This document shows positions 37,926-51,750 of a DNA stretch of 64,000 nucleotides, one piece after another. Location: contig NC_134031.1 in the NCBI RefSeq assembly GCF_964204645.1, positions 18,173,910 through 18,237,909 of the forward strand, given 5' to 3'. Position 1 is the first letter of the stretch, and each line of letters begins with the position of its first letter. Under the pieces are notes generated by a model that was given only the letters and a program-made list of their open reading frames with translations, made no database searches and was not told the origin of the DNA. The stretch is from Tubulanus polymorphus. Taxonomy: Eukaryota > Animalia > Nemertea. Made by a program: the position numbers and the translations under genes.

Positions 37926-38140
37926 CTATGTGGATCTATGTGGATCAATATCAGTGGAGCCATGTAGATCTATGTGGATCAGGGTTAGTGGATCTGTGTG
38001 AATCAGTGTCAGTGGATCTGTTTGGATCTATATGGATCAGTGTCAGTGGATCCGTGTGGATCTATGTGGATCATCAGTCTCAATGGATCAGCGTGGATCT
38101 ATGTGGATCAATGTCAGTGGATCGGTGTGGATCCGTGCCT
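37926..38140. repeat. Degenerate ~10-bp GTGGATC repeat
   Basis: GTGGATCTAT/GTGGATCAGT reiterations. Confidence 0.75.
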
Positions 38141-40718
38141 AATGAGATTCCATTTGTTCTCTTTACCTTCTGCCATACATAATATCAACATGTACAATTA
38201 GTGAAATATATTACAACAGACAACAGGGAGCAGACGGAACATAGATATGATTAATGAGAGAGTGTGGGTGGGAGCACACAGACTGAGAGAGGAGAGAGGG
38301 GAAACATAGCGCTAAAGGAGGAGCGAGGGAGAGAAAGGGGAGGCGAGGGAGAAACGGATAGGGAGAGAGACGAGGGGAGAGTTTAGTGAAATGTAGATCT
38401 ACCGCGAGTTAAGAGTGAAATAGAACATCAAAATATCAATGTTTACTGAACACTTATTTCTCTTAATCGCAGCAACGTGAAATGTATTGTGATACGTCCC
38501 ATCGGACAAACAAACAAAATATCACAGACAATAATAAAACACGATATCAGAATAATGAATGACGAAAAAAATTTATAACAAAACCCTGGACCAAGTTCTA
38601 AAGTAGTTAGCTAGAGTCGACTTGGAGTTAAGATTAGATAATTTTCCACGAGTGAAGACTGCGAGTGAAATCTCAAGGGTGGAATTAGGATTCTTGAAGG
38701 GGTGGGCCTGAAAATTGTAATGGACACTTAAGGCAGATGAGATTTGGCCGCACGAGGGCAATTTTGGTGAAGGCTTCTGGTGGCGCTCCAATAGAAAATT
38801 TAGCATACAAGGGGGTTTTCTACTAGTCCACCGGGACCCGGTCCACCCCATAAATCTGTCCTTGAATCTTAATTCACAACTGTGGTCCTGAAATTTCAGT
38901 TTTAAACTAAAAACCATCATCTACAAGAAAGGGCTTGTTTATAATATCGAATAGAACATTACATTCACGTATCTACACTATCAGTCATTAGTCATAAGTC
39001 ACTAGTCAATCCTATCTGAACTATCAGACCTGTTGAGACCAATCCTTACTCTCCAACCTGTTCAACAGTCAAAACTAGTCCGATTCTCTGCGAGATCAAA
39101 CAGCACGTAGTCTCTGTGCTTGTCGTAGTCTTTGTTTGTGACTAGTCGGGGATTGAGTCGTTGATGGGTGAAGTAAAAGTTCATCTGAAATTCATTACAC
39201 ACTCTGTCAGTAAGTATACGATACACGTTCTAGACACAGTTGATTGCTGTTTATGCTGTGAATATCACCGGTTTCAGACTCAACGACCCTAGCTGCGGAT
39301 TAAATCCAAAAAATAACTACACCATTCCAATCTTCCATCCTCCTGCGTAAACTAACGACTCGCAGTTTATGAGCGGAAAGATAATTTACTCAATAATCTA
39401 CTTCAATCTTTTAATCTTTCGGGAATCAAAATTTTGACGGCTGCAATTTTTGATACGTAAAAGATTGGCTCGATCGCGCTCGGTTGCCGCGTGATGGACG
39501 AAGTTTTAATAATAGCTACAACGATGTCTCTCAATCTCAGGAGAGTTTTATAGAATCGCGACAGATTCTATAAACAACTGAATCCGGTGCGAATCACAGT
39601 GAATCAACACATATAGATTCGTAGATCGCTTCAGTTACGAACAATCCTGCCTTTCATCCGCTGTACTTTGTATGTCATCTCTCTCTCTCTTTCTCTCACC
39701 CTCTCTCATCCCACTCCATCCTGTCTCTCTACCTCCCTCCCTGCCTCCCTCTCTCTCTCTCTCTTCTCTCTCCGCACCCTACCTCTCTCTCTTATGGCTG
39801 CTGGGGGCTGACGCAATACTTATCACCACTTATCTGCTCTTAATTCCACTGACCGCAAGATTTTAATGGAAAGAACCACAGACATACAGACTGCACGCAT
39901 ATATTTTTATATATATATATAATAAGACATTTATACATCCAGGCGGCAGTAAACTGATCTGTATCAGTATGATACTTGGACACCTTAAACATGTCCGAGT
40001 AGATTTTCCAACAGCCGATGCAATTTGTCTTTTTGTGACCCGACACGACATGTCGTCCACTCCAGTTATTAGTACTCGATCTCTGAATGGCAGCCGAGTA
40101 GGGGTGGGGGGTATGAGTCGAGGGAGGAGGGGGTAAGACGGGAGGACTTATCAGTTTACTAATGACAAGTCATAGTTATCGGCGAGCTCCACTTGATTCT
40201 GATTCAACGACGACTAAAAAAAGAGGGGAGAGGAGATAGGTGGAGAGGAGAGAGAGAGGTGGAGTGAGCAAAGGAAAGAATGAGGAGAGACAATAGATGA
40301 GAAAAAGGAGAGAAAGGAGAGGAGAGATGTTGTTGACTAATGGACCGCAGCCGAGGAGAACAAAATGTCAAAACCCGATTGAGGAAAAACGTTGAGAGTC
40401 GAGATGAGAATGAAACATTTTCTTGCAGATAAAAATCGGAGCAAAAAGAAAAACAGTTTACATCATCATCATCGCCGTGGTGATAAGTACATTAGTCGTA
40501 ACCGTGGCAGCAACGGCAAGAATCGTCGCTATCGACGACGATAATAGCGCGGGAAAATACACGCAACGATTTATACAACAATGACAGAAATCGCCGTCGG
40601 CAACGAAAACAGCGGGTGTCGAATCATTGATGTAACTGAATTTCATCCATAAACGACGAAACACACTTTCAGAGAAAAAACCAGAAACACCTGAGTGGAA
40701 TTCACTCGGTTCCACCAT

Positions 40719-40815
40719 CCTGAATCCAGTTCCACAGTTCTAAAAACCAAGTCCCACAGTTCTGAGCCCAGTTCCACAGTTCTGGATCCACTTCCACAGT
40801 TCTAAAAAACAGTTC
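40719..40815. repeat. 20-bp CWG+TIR tandem array
   Basis: CTG(A/G)(A/G)(T/C)CCAGTTCCACAGTT-like unit x 4. Confidence 0.75.
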
Positions 40816-40867
40816 AGTATCCAGAATACTGGTAGCTCAATAGATTACCGGTCGATCTGTGTACTTC

Positions 40868-40961
40868 AAAAACACCTCAATAGAATACCGGTAGATCTCA
40901 ATAAAATACCGGTAGATCTCAACAAAATACCGGTAGATCTCAACAAAATACCGGTAGATCT
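40868..40961. repeat. 21-bp minisatellite
   Basis: AATACCGGTAGATCTCAACAA x ~4. Confidence 0.85.
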
Positions 40962-41519
40962 CTGTAAACTTTCTGTTAAACCTACATAAAAATAAGGTAC
41001 TTACAAAATTCTCGGACACCTGTTACTGCTGTCTCGGATACGATTGTTGAACATGTTGTTGCCGCGGAGATAATTTCATCAGTCGTCTGCTAGTGACGAT
41101 GATAGCGGTACTGCGACACACGAAGCTGCAGTTGCCACCGACGATGACGACTACTGAGAAGCGGGAATGATGGACCTGCAGCATCCGCTGGAGTGTTGAT
41201 GGTTAATTCATTAGGTTCTCGTTATACTGACACGTGAAGTACATGTCGTCAATATCATAACAATAAACGACACTTCTTATCTCCATATCTGATGGGTTTT
41301 TTCCGTTGTTCTCTCGAACTAGAAGGTGAAGGTCAACAATGACAGTCTCTTAAAGTTAAACGCATCTGAAACAATGTCCGATATCTACCTTCTGACTACC
41401 TCAATCTCCCGATGGTCATAACATGTAATGATAATGTTTGATTTTTCCAAAAATCCTCTCAAAATAAACATGGTCGGAATTCTTTTCTGGTGCGTTCGTT
41501 TCAACCAGAATACACTCTA

Positions 41520-41735
41520 CACTCAATCTATAAACCTCATAGATGGGACCAGTAGGCCTAGAGAGTTTGGTAATTTTCGATTGGTCTCTACCAATTCTGG
41601 AATTCAACCAGAATACGCTCTACCTATTCCGGAATAATATGTGTAAACCTGATAGAAGTGACCGGTAGGGAAATAGCCGATAGAGACTTTATATTCAGGA
41701 ATTGACATTTCTCTAAACTGGAATACATTCGATTG
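41520..41735. repeat. Dispersed repeat family member (also 13937-14010 and 24290-24390)
   Basis: Shared TGTAAACCTGATAGAA...CCGGTAGAGA(C/G)TTT...AATTG core. Confidence 0.65.
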
Positions 41736-42421
41736 AATCCCGCCTAAACGCGTAGCATTCAACCGTTCGGTCGGTCCGCTGCTGTTTTTTTTTTCACGTC
41801 GATTCACTGAGTAGATGATTATAAGATGATCGTTAAAACCGATTCGATCTATAATTGTCTGATGTACGTCGGTTTGATTCGACTGAATTTTCATCGCTAC
41901 AAAATTAAACCGGAATCGATCAATCGAGAAACGCGACGCGAGCCTCGTGAACCTCGCGTTATCGACATCCCGTCAATACATAATCCTTCGTGAATGTCCG
42001 CTTTTAAATACCGCCGTTAAACAACAGAGTTTCACGCTCGACTAATGGATTTTTGTAAGAAACTATTTATCGAACGGAGGTCGGTTTGTTTTTTTTATCG
42101 CATTCTGACGGGATTTTTCGGCTAAGCGAATCGACCATCCGCGGGCCCGGTACGGAACGTTCTCGTTTAGTGATAGCCGAGTTGAAACGCTCAGTTATCC
42201 GTTAATGGAACCAAAAAAAAAAAACGAATCGTGCGCAAAAATCTATGAGTGATTCTTGACTCGAGAAAATCTGATGCTCTATTGACTACGAGAGGTTTTG
42301 TCTGAGTTATGAACCATTTGTCCGGTTGATTAACTAAGAGATTGATATGTAAATCTGATCTAAATTCTATCCCGGTAAGGATGAAAATCAACGAATTATG
42401 GGACTGGATCCTGAGGCAAAT

Positions 42422-42852
42422 TGAACCCACACAACTGTGGAACAACTGTGGAACTGGATCCTGAGTCAAATCAAACCACACAACTGTGGAACTGGATCCA
42501 GAGTCAAATCAATGCCGTATAACTGCGGAACTAGATCCAGAGTCAAATCAAACCACACCACTGTGGAACTGGATCCAGAGTCAAATCAAAGCCGTATAAC
42601 TGTGGAACTAGATCCAGAGTCAAATCAAACCACACAACTGTGGAACTGGATCCAGAGTCAAATCAAACCACACAACTGTGGAACTGGATCCAGAGTCAAA
42701 TCAAACCACACAACTGTGGAACTGGATCCAGAGTCAAATCAAAGCCGTATAACTGTGGAACTAGATCCAGAGTCAAATGAAACCCACACAACTATGGAAC
42801 TGGGTTCTGAGTCACATTAAACCCAAACAACTGTGGAACTGGGCCCAGAGTC
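42422..42852 (+). repeat. 38/39-bp minisatellite (ACTGTGGAACTGG family), ~11 copies
   Basis: Unit AAACCACACAACTGTGGAACTGGATCCAGAGTCAAATC. Confidence 0.92.
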
Positions 42853-43626
42853 AACACACAAAATAATCTATGTAAATGAATCCATAGAAACTGTAGAAAT
42901 ATAGGTTGTTTGAGTAGAGTGTAAAGACGAATCCCTCCACTGTAAAAGCTCTGTTCTCTCTCTCTCTCCCAGTAGTTCCGGGTTGAATAGAGAATTTTTT
43001 CGATATCTCGTTCGTAAGGATTGGTATTTTACGACGATTATCTCGTTCTATAAATCATACGACAAATTGACTAGCCACTTGCTCTTCCGTTATTTTATTG
43101 ACTAATTTGTATATTTACCCGATAAAAAACCGGCGTCGCGGGCCGCGTGTCGACGGGCAATCTCAGCTCATCTCGTCAGGTCACTCGGAACACACATTAA
43201 AAATATTCACCCTTTACTACGCGTGAGTACAGGAGCCATTCATACGCTCGTCCTCGCTTGCCAGGGCTGGAATATGCGACCACTCACGCACATAACGTAC
43301 ATCAAATATCTCGTAGCTTACATCAGTTTAATAATTCAATTCTGACCAGATTAGTGTAACATAACATAACATTTAAATGGGGATCGCATCAGTTGTATAC
43401 AGTCATGTAAATACAGGTAACTGGGGCATATAAGATTACATCAGAATTGACCAAGAATCTTCGGATTTTATCACATTCAACATATAATAACTCAATTACC
43501 ATACAGAGAATCAGTTCTAGCTTCGATTAGAAATGGTTTAAATTGTAAGAACTCTGGTCTGAAAGCTCCACAATGTTCTGAATCAGAATCTAATACAAAC
43601 AAAATTCAACTTTGAAACTCGATACA

Positions 43627-43727
43627 GAACTGTGGAACTGGATCCTAAACTGTGGAACTGGATCCTGAACTGTGGAACTTGGCCCAGAAAAGTTGAACTG
43701 GGTCCTGAACTGGGTCCTGAACTGGAT
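43627..43727. repeat. 20-bp CWG+TIR tandem array (opposite orientation to 40719)
   Basis: AACTGTGGAACTGGATCCT(A/G) repeats. Confidence 0.75.
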
Positions 43728-44666
43728 GTGACAGATTTTCGGGCTATCAGCAGAAGTCCCTTTATGAGTCAACCCCTCTAACTGGATTTTGAAACTGTTT
43801 GATTTTGGGGCCACCTACACCAGGTTAAACTTGTTTGATAGAATTCAAAATTTGCTTCGACATTTGAATCAATGGTCTAAACATTGGAATTGAGCTCTAC
43901 AGAGTAAAACTTAACTCGTCATTGGAGTCCGATCCCGTGGAGTCAGAACCTGTATATCTGTAGTCCTGTAGTCAAGTGAATCATAATCAAAATCAAGTGT
44001 AGAAATCTCCAGCGGATTGTGAATAGATTCCGTCAGCCTGTATCAGCGAAGACTTGATCTCATTAGGGCTAGTTCAGATAGGTCATGATTCAGAATCCGT
44101 AGGGTGAAATCTATCGGAGACATTGCCAGATATCTGATACATTCAGATACGATCACGGATTCCATGCACACAAATCTCAAGGGTAAAATGTGGTGTTAAA
44201 TTGTCCGGAAGATTATAGCAATCGCCTCCGACAAGGAACCGAAAATAAGAATCGTATAGCAGTGTTCAAGGTATCTCTTTATAGGTTCATGTTTTCATGT
44301 TTGAGATGTGTTCTTTTAGCCGTTTTATTTCTGTAATGATTCAGACTGCGGGCACCGCTAGATAGACAGCTCCCAGATCTACACAACTGCCGGACTTCAA
44401 ACTTCAAACTCCACATTTGTGCAATCTATGACAATATTAGTTCTGTTCGAAACTTTTCTACTGCATTAACCCATACTACGCTCTGTATATATCAAGGTGT
44501 AATAAATGTAATAATCATCTTGAATTTCGTTAAATTAAAGAAGAAAGGTTTGATCCTATCGATGTAAAATTCCTATGTTTTTGATCTTGAAAATACCAAT
44601 GAATTTCACTCTTTTCATTACGTTGATGGATTTTTGTGTGTTTCGGTGTGCCACTTATATATCGAG

Positions 44667-44840
44667 CAGTCACACCTGCCGGGAACTAGTCATACCTGCT
44701 GGGAACCAGTCACACATACCGGGAACCAGTCATACCTGCCGGAAACCAGTCACACCTGCAGGGAACCAGTCACACCTGCAGGGAACCAGTCACACCTGCA
44801 GGGAACCAGTCACACCAGCCAGACACCAGTCACCTGCCGG
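44667..44840. repeat. 20-bp minisatellite
   Basis: CAGTCACACCTGCAGGGAAC x ~8. Confidence 0.9.
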
Positions 44841-45366
44841 GATCATAACGGGGGTTTGATTTCAAAATCAAGACATCTAAGTACAGATACGCTAAAAGCT
44901 AGATAAACCTTAGTGAAATTTCAACCACAAACTGTAGAACAGGGTCTGGGAACACGGCTGAATCCCGAATCCAGGGGGGAATATTTTCAGCAAATTCTCT
45001 CGGAATCATCGTTTGTTCATGTATAGATTATATTTTGTGGAAATTGATTAGATTGCGGTGGAGAACGACCGATCAAATTCAACCGGATTCCAGTACGACA
45101 ATAAGCCTTCAGGGACGGTAATAAACCTATCAAATACAGAGAACATACTGATATCCATTTGTTTGATTAGGTGTATGAGAACTATACACAATCACTCCAG
45201 GGACTAAAACACACGTCACAAATCCAGAAACTCATACCACGGGGAATAGAAAACAATTTATAATAATTCAAAATCCAGGCCAAGTTTATTTCATCAGTTT
45301 CGTAAGAACGAATTTCTCTTAACGTTTACATCGGGTGACCACCTCTCGACCAATCACAGTCACCTG

Positions 45367-45499
45367 GGGCCGGTTGCATAGTCATGGCTTAGATATAAGA
45401 CCAGTCGAAGACCAACTTAGTTCTATAGCCAATCTAACAACTTAAGACCAGTCTTAAGATCTAAGACCATTTTTGGACGTAAGTCACAACTGTGCAACC
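45367..45499. mobile_element. MITE-like element
   Basis: GGTTGCATAGT...ACTGTGCAACC inverted ends after CTG; internal direct repeats AAGACCAGTC. Confidence 0.6.
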
Positions 45500-45681
45500 A
45501 TACAGTACGATCCCGGCTGAAATCTTGTATTCGTCAGAATATCTCGTACACAGGGGATGTATGCACGCGTATGTTTGAGGGAATTTTGTCAATAATTTTT
45601 CTTTCTTTCTCTCTCACTTTCTCCGAGCGAGATGAATCAAGTTGTGACGGTTAAGGGATATTGGGTTCGTCCCTCTCACAC

Positions 45682-45716
<35 letters not shown>

Positions 45717-48700
45717 ATATGTATATATAAGTGTTACCGAGATGGAGCTTATTTTCGTTGAAAATGACAGACATAAAGTGTATAAACTACGGATGAGAAA
45801 TCGATGTGTAGATATTGCCTGGCGGGTCGGTCGAAGAATTCCTCAAGTCTAGCAGCTCTCGTTGTGAGATGTGAGATGCATATTGTGTGTGATTGATGAG
45901 TTTAATAAAACCACCATACACCCAATTCAATACCAATTCAATATACTTTATTATCACAATCGCTTAACCGTTTCTTTCTAAGATGATGTAAAAAATTCAG
46001 TTGAATGTGCCGTAAACCTGATGAAATCAGTCAATTTTACTAGTCATGCCTTGAAGATCGTGGCCATGTTTATCAGGGAGTCCGTAAATAAAAATTTAAT
46101 TAACCCGTATTAAAAAATACAGTGATAATGCGTGAGAACCTATGATCTAAACCTAATGAATGAAGCTTATGATTTATTTGACTTATAGACTTTATCCTGA
46201 TGTAGCGATTTCCATTTCTGAAGCCGACTATCAGGATATAGTCGAAGTGTAAGGAGAAAAACAAAAAACTGTTGTTTAATCCATATTATGTTCAAAGATC
46301 GGTCTTTCTTTCAGTACAAAATAGGATCGAGATTCAGGATTTAACTACAGGTGAATAAACAACTGATTCATAGATTATAGAGTGGAGTCTGAGACCTTTT
46401 AATGCTTGCGACTATTTCAAATATTTCTATACGCGATAAAAAATTTTCGCGATTCCATCAACGGCGCGACAGTCTGGAGACCGAAAATTCCACCATCATC
46501 AACGATCCATATTTCGTGCGAGAAAGGTTTCGACAAAAACAAAAAATAATTCAATGTTGGAAAACGTGGTCGGCGTCAGCCGCGGGCGGCGATGGTATGA
46601 TAACATTGATTACATACAGTTTAACATCGACGAGAGGCTGATAAATACCTGAGGGACGTCGGGAACCGTTAGCGCCCGTGCCGCGCCGCACAGCTCCGCG
46701 CTGCGTGTTGAATTTAATTAAAACAACCACAACAAGTTTTATAAAATTATCGCCGCGACGATCTGTAATTTCACGCGTCAAACCTGACGCTAATTTCGGG
46801 TTTAAGTATATCCGGTTCGAATCGGTTACTGGCGTCGTTGAAGCAGCGAGAAACCGAGTCTTCTCTACGCGAGTATTAATTATACACGATGCTTATTCTT
46901 TACAGTCAAATGAAATGTCATGTTATTTCAGAATGTGTCGTTTCCTGCGGTTGTAAAAACACGTTCGGCGCTCGAGTTGAATACTATAATCGAGAAAGAT
47001 GGCCGCCCACTACCCGAGTTTCAAATTCATAACTAAACACAGAACCTCTGAAATACTGGTGATTACTATAATCAAACATGATGGCCTCTCATAAACACAG
47101 ACATAGACAGACATTTTGAACTTGAAGTTTCATATTCCTGATATAATTCTCTACGTATTCTTTCACCACATAACGATATTGCATAAGCCACTGCAAGCGG
47201 TCAAAGGAGAGAGAAGAGGGAAGCTAGACAATCTAGCTGATTTCTCAAATTGAAGTAGTTTTAACCAGAAATGATAGTAATTGAATTAAGAAAATAATAG
47301 TTTAATCAAAAATGAATGGATATGAGTATTTTGATATTTTTGTTTAGAAATAGAGTAGAAACTACTCTCAAATAGAAGTTGTAGTCAGGTCTGGAAAGAG
47401 AGAGGGGAGAGATAATGCAGACTCAGCTGTGTGGAGTTCTGTCACGCAACGTCGTAATTATATAATGACTCTAATAGACATTAGTCTAATATGACCTGTT
47501 CCACGTACACATCACACAGATAGACATACTCTATTACTGTAAGTAAAACTCTCTGCTGCTGCTCAGATAAATGGACCGGTTAATTCAACTTGGATCTAAT
47601 GTGACAGTCGGAGTGATTCTCAATAGAACACAATTCCCAACTGATACAGAAATGTATTTTTATGTGTTTCCGCTACAGTCAGACGTACTATAGCAAACTT
47701 TAAGATTAACTGCCATATTTGGCAAGTGACTTTTTAAAAATCTTAAAATAGGGATTGACCCTGTTATTTATTTGATTGGTAGATTTTGTTTGATTTGGTG
47801 GCATCAACTGAATAATCGAGGGTAGTGGATTACTGGAGGACCCCGCGCACTGTACCAGTTATCCCATCAGATGGCGTACATAACTATAGAAGCACTCAAT
47901 CAAAATTGAGTTTACGAATGAGAGAATAATGTATCTTTTTCAAATGAATCCTGCATCCTTGTCCTAATGCACACTAGAGACACCTGGTGAATCCTCACTC
48001 GCCATAAACGAATTGAATCCTCGATTGCCACAGTCGACTGTTCTGAGTCCTAATCGAACTAAATAATTTAAACGTTGCCGGAAAACCAAGAGCTACAGAT
48101 GACAGAGGGTTAAGACTGTTTCTAGAATGAGTTTGTAGTATGAGTAGTAAATTCACTAGAAGTACTGACTTTACCTCATCGTACGTAATACCAGTTAATC
48201 GTTCGAATGCATTAGATTTAAGAATAACAGCCAAACGCACTTAAAACTATAAACCATCAGTCTGTATCTGTAGAATAGCTGACAACGTCGTCGTCAGTCC
48301 TCGGGTCACAGAGCACGCAGCAAGTTCAAATACATTACATCTCGGGCATATGTGAAATACAAGTCGAAATGCTGCGTCACTATCATCCTAATCCATTCAA
48401 ATGCACATGGGTTCATCAACGTGACCTTCGACCTCTATCTCAATAGCAGACGTCATAAGTCCTCGGGTCACAGAGCACCACAGCGAGTTCAAACACCAAA
48501 TGGGGCTGGGGTTGGTCGGCTTATTCCAGATCGTCTGAATACGATAGATTTTCAATGAAAATTTCCGAAGAGAAATAGAGCATTCACACCGCGGCCTCAG
48601 GTGACCGGGTTTCAGATCATACCTCACGTGAGACTCCGCGATGACCTTGACTATCACCGATTATAACCGTAGATATTATATAATCGTTGAAGTATTCGGG

Positions 48701-50539
48701 AAATATTTACAATTTAAATTCTAACCCGCGAACAAATTGGTGCCAGCGTCACGTGGGAAAACACTGCCTCTCATCATTTATACCCAGTTTACATTTACAT
48801 TTAGAGTGAAGTTGAATTAAATAGTGAACGTAGAGGAGACAGAGAGACAAAGCTGATCATCACAGTTAAAAACATCTGTAATTACGACTACACTTGATAT
48901 TAATGAGACTTCAGCCGAAAGTTTAATTATTAACGATATATGTCTGGTGTTTGTAGGTCATAAAACGTCTCATGTGAAGCGTGGATGATCAGTTTTCGGA
49001 AGTGTGTTGATAAAATGTCTAATATCTGGTGTTTGTAGTTATTTTCAATTAAAGAGGTAAACAATGAACACATGTGAAGTGTGGACAATCAATTTTTAAA
49101 AGTGTGCTGATAAAGTTCTGAATGTCTAAGATGCAGTGTGCAGACTGAATGGATGACAGGGTCAAGGGTCTGATACGTGCGTTAGGGTACAAAACGTTCT
49201 TGTAGTATCCGAATGAGCCAGTGTCGCTGATAGCATGGATGAAATTACCCTTCCACTTATGAAACTACATCTAAATGACGATTCGTTATCATGAAAGTGA
49301 ATTTCAATATCACAAGGAATTAACCATGACATTAAAACCAACCTGATACAGCGATACTGCCACAGGGGAAGGACCTGGAACCACGACACAGCGGTAGAAA
49401 TACCCGCACACTGTCAGGACAGAATGTAGTGTTAGATGTTTTCAGGGTTTAGTCAGGCGTATCAATTGAATTACTGCCAGTGCAAAGATCATACGAGACG
49501 CTTCGAAACGCTAAATAAACTCCATCTCTCTCTCCTCTCACCAACTCTCACTAGCAATGATATCGATGTTCAGTTGTTCATCTATTTGTAAATCTGAAAG
49601 TTTTCTTTTATTTCTTTTATTAAGGAAAAAAGATTGCATGTCACTGACCCTCGCCTGTAGCCTTGTTAAAGACCATGTAAAGCCATGATGGATGGTAGAG
49701 AGTCACCATTCCGCTGAATTTAAATAATCCCTTTATTGAAATTCGAATGGTGTCAAACTGGCTCGATGCCTTACAGTTCGGACGATCATTCATGTTGATG
49801 GCTTCCAAACGGTGATTTACACTTAGTAAATTGAATTGGAAATACAAATTGTGTCTCAAAAACAGAGTAATGATTTCCGTAATGCGGTGACTTAGTCTGA
49901 TGAGGACTTAACCTAGTTTAAATGCATAACCTAAACACCAGTTGATAAAACTCTGACTACTTCAATGCTACCAAATTTTGAGCATTTTCGATTTCGGAAA
50001 TTCGACGAAATTCCCAGAAATTCTTCATACATATATATTTCAGCCGGGCTATTAATGATATTGAGCTAGAAGCGGTTTTAATCTTATCGAAAAGGAACAA
50101 GAAAAGACAAGAGTTTTAGTTGTGAAATTGGATCCAGAGGCTAAAAATTGAACATCTGTGACACATGTAGGATTGACAATGTTTATAGTAGACACTAGAC
50201 ACAGATCAATGTGTGTCGTATGAAAAAGTAATGATAAAATATGGATTTTGTGATGATTCGCTTCAAGCTAGAAAAACATCTGAGAATCTGAAACATGTTT
50301 GACGACGGCGCGCTCTCGGTGACAAACATTAAGTGCAGATCAAGACGACGCCATCAGGGCTTTCAAAGTATCAAAGTATCAAAGTATCAGGATACTGCGG
50401 TCTCCGAGGACACTGATCACCGACACCCACAGAAACACTAGATTCCTCTGAGATCTAAACACTGATCATTATCTTAAATGATTGCGTATCACATACCACA
50501 ACAAAACCAGGAACATGTTCGAACAGGGGGACCTGTAGA

Positions 50540-50842
50540 CTAAGTTCAACAGTTGTGTGGGTTTGATTTGACTCTGAACTCAGTTCCACAGTTGTGTGGG
50601 TTAAATTTGACTGTAGATCCAGTTCCACAGTTGTGTGGGTTACATTTGACTGTAGATCCAGTTCCACAGTTGTGTGGGTTTAATTAGACTCTGAACCCAG
50701 TTCCACAGTTGTGTGGGTTTAATTTGACTCTGAACCCAGTTCCACAGTTTGTGTGGTTTAATTTGACTGTAGATCCAGTTCCACAGTTTTGTGGGATTAA
50801 TTAGACTCTGAACTCAATTCGACAGTGTGACACTGGATCCAG
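50540..50842 (-). repeat. 39-bp minisatellite (ACTGTGGAACTGG family)
   Basis: CCAGTTCCACAGTTGTGTGGGTTTAATTTGACT(C/G)T... x ~7. Confidence 0.9.
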
Positions 50843-51518
50843 TTGTATTGTTGTAACTGTAGTGTGAGTCAGTGAGGTAAAACTGTATAAGTGAGTTTGT
50901 GATTTGGACAGTCGTAGTCGCAGTGTTCGTATATTGCGCTCAGGAAACGCATAAAATTTGTAGCCCTCGTTGTTAATGTCATTGTGAAGGCAATAATCTA
51001 TCGCTAATGGCAACAGTAACTGGCATCCAATGTAGTGGAACAGGTCCTGATTGGAATTCTGAATTATCTCGACATGAGCTCACGAAAAAAACAAGCCCAA
51101 CCACTATCAGCCCACCGTCGCACAACTTACTGCAGTTATACTCATTGACTGCGTAGAATGTTATGAATTGTGACGGTTCGTGACACATTCAACGCATTCA
51201 AGTTGAAATTCACTAAACTCTTATGAATCTTCAGGGAAATTGTGAAGAGTAAATAGAGACGTTTTCAAAAGTCGATTTAAAAGGTTTGAACTTAACATCT
51301 TTGCTTTCTGCATTTAGATAACTTTCGACATAAAAGGAAGCGTTTATTAAAGCAAATTAAGGCCGTTTTAACCTCTTTTTGGCTCATCATTCTAATGAAC
51401 TAGATGTCAACATTTTAAGCCTCTGCTAGCCTCTTTAGTTACTACATTCGTAAAACACGCCCCAAAGCTCTCATTCTTGAATGCAACATTCTGATTCTAG
51501 AAATGGCATGTGTCTTTC

Positions 51519-51750
51519 TGGGACAAGGGAATCCCAACATATCCGGGACAGGGGAATCCCAACATATCCGAGATAAGGGAATCACAACACATCTGGGACA
51601 AGGGAATTCCAACATATCTGGAACAGGGGAATCCCAACACATCTGGAACAGGGGAATCCCAACATATCCAGGACAGGGTAATCCCAACACATCCGGGACA
51701 GGGGAATTCCAACATATCTGGAACAGGGGAATCCCAACACATCCAGGACA
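51519..51750. repeat. 25-bp minisatellite
   Basis: GGGACAGGGGAATCCCAACA(T/C)ATC(C/T) x ~9. Confidence 0.9.

Noticed and set aside
48580-48600. Resemblance to the reverse complement of miR-124
   Set aside because: There are indels in the mature and seed region and no convincing precursor hairpin.
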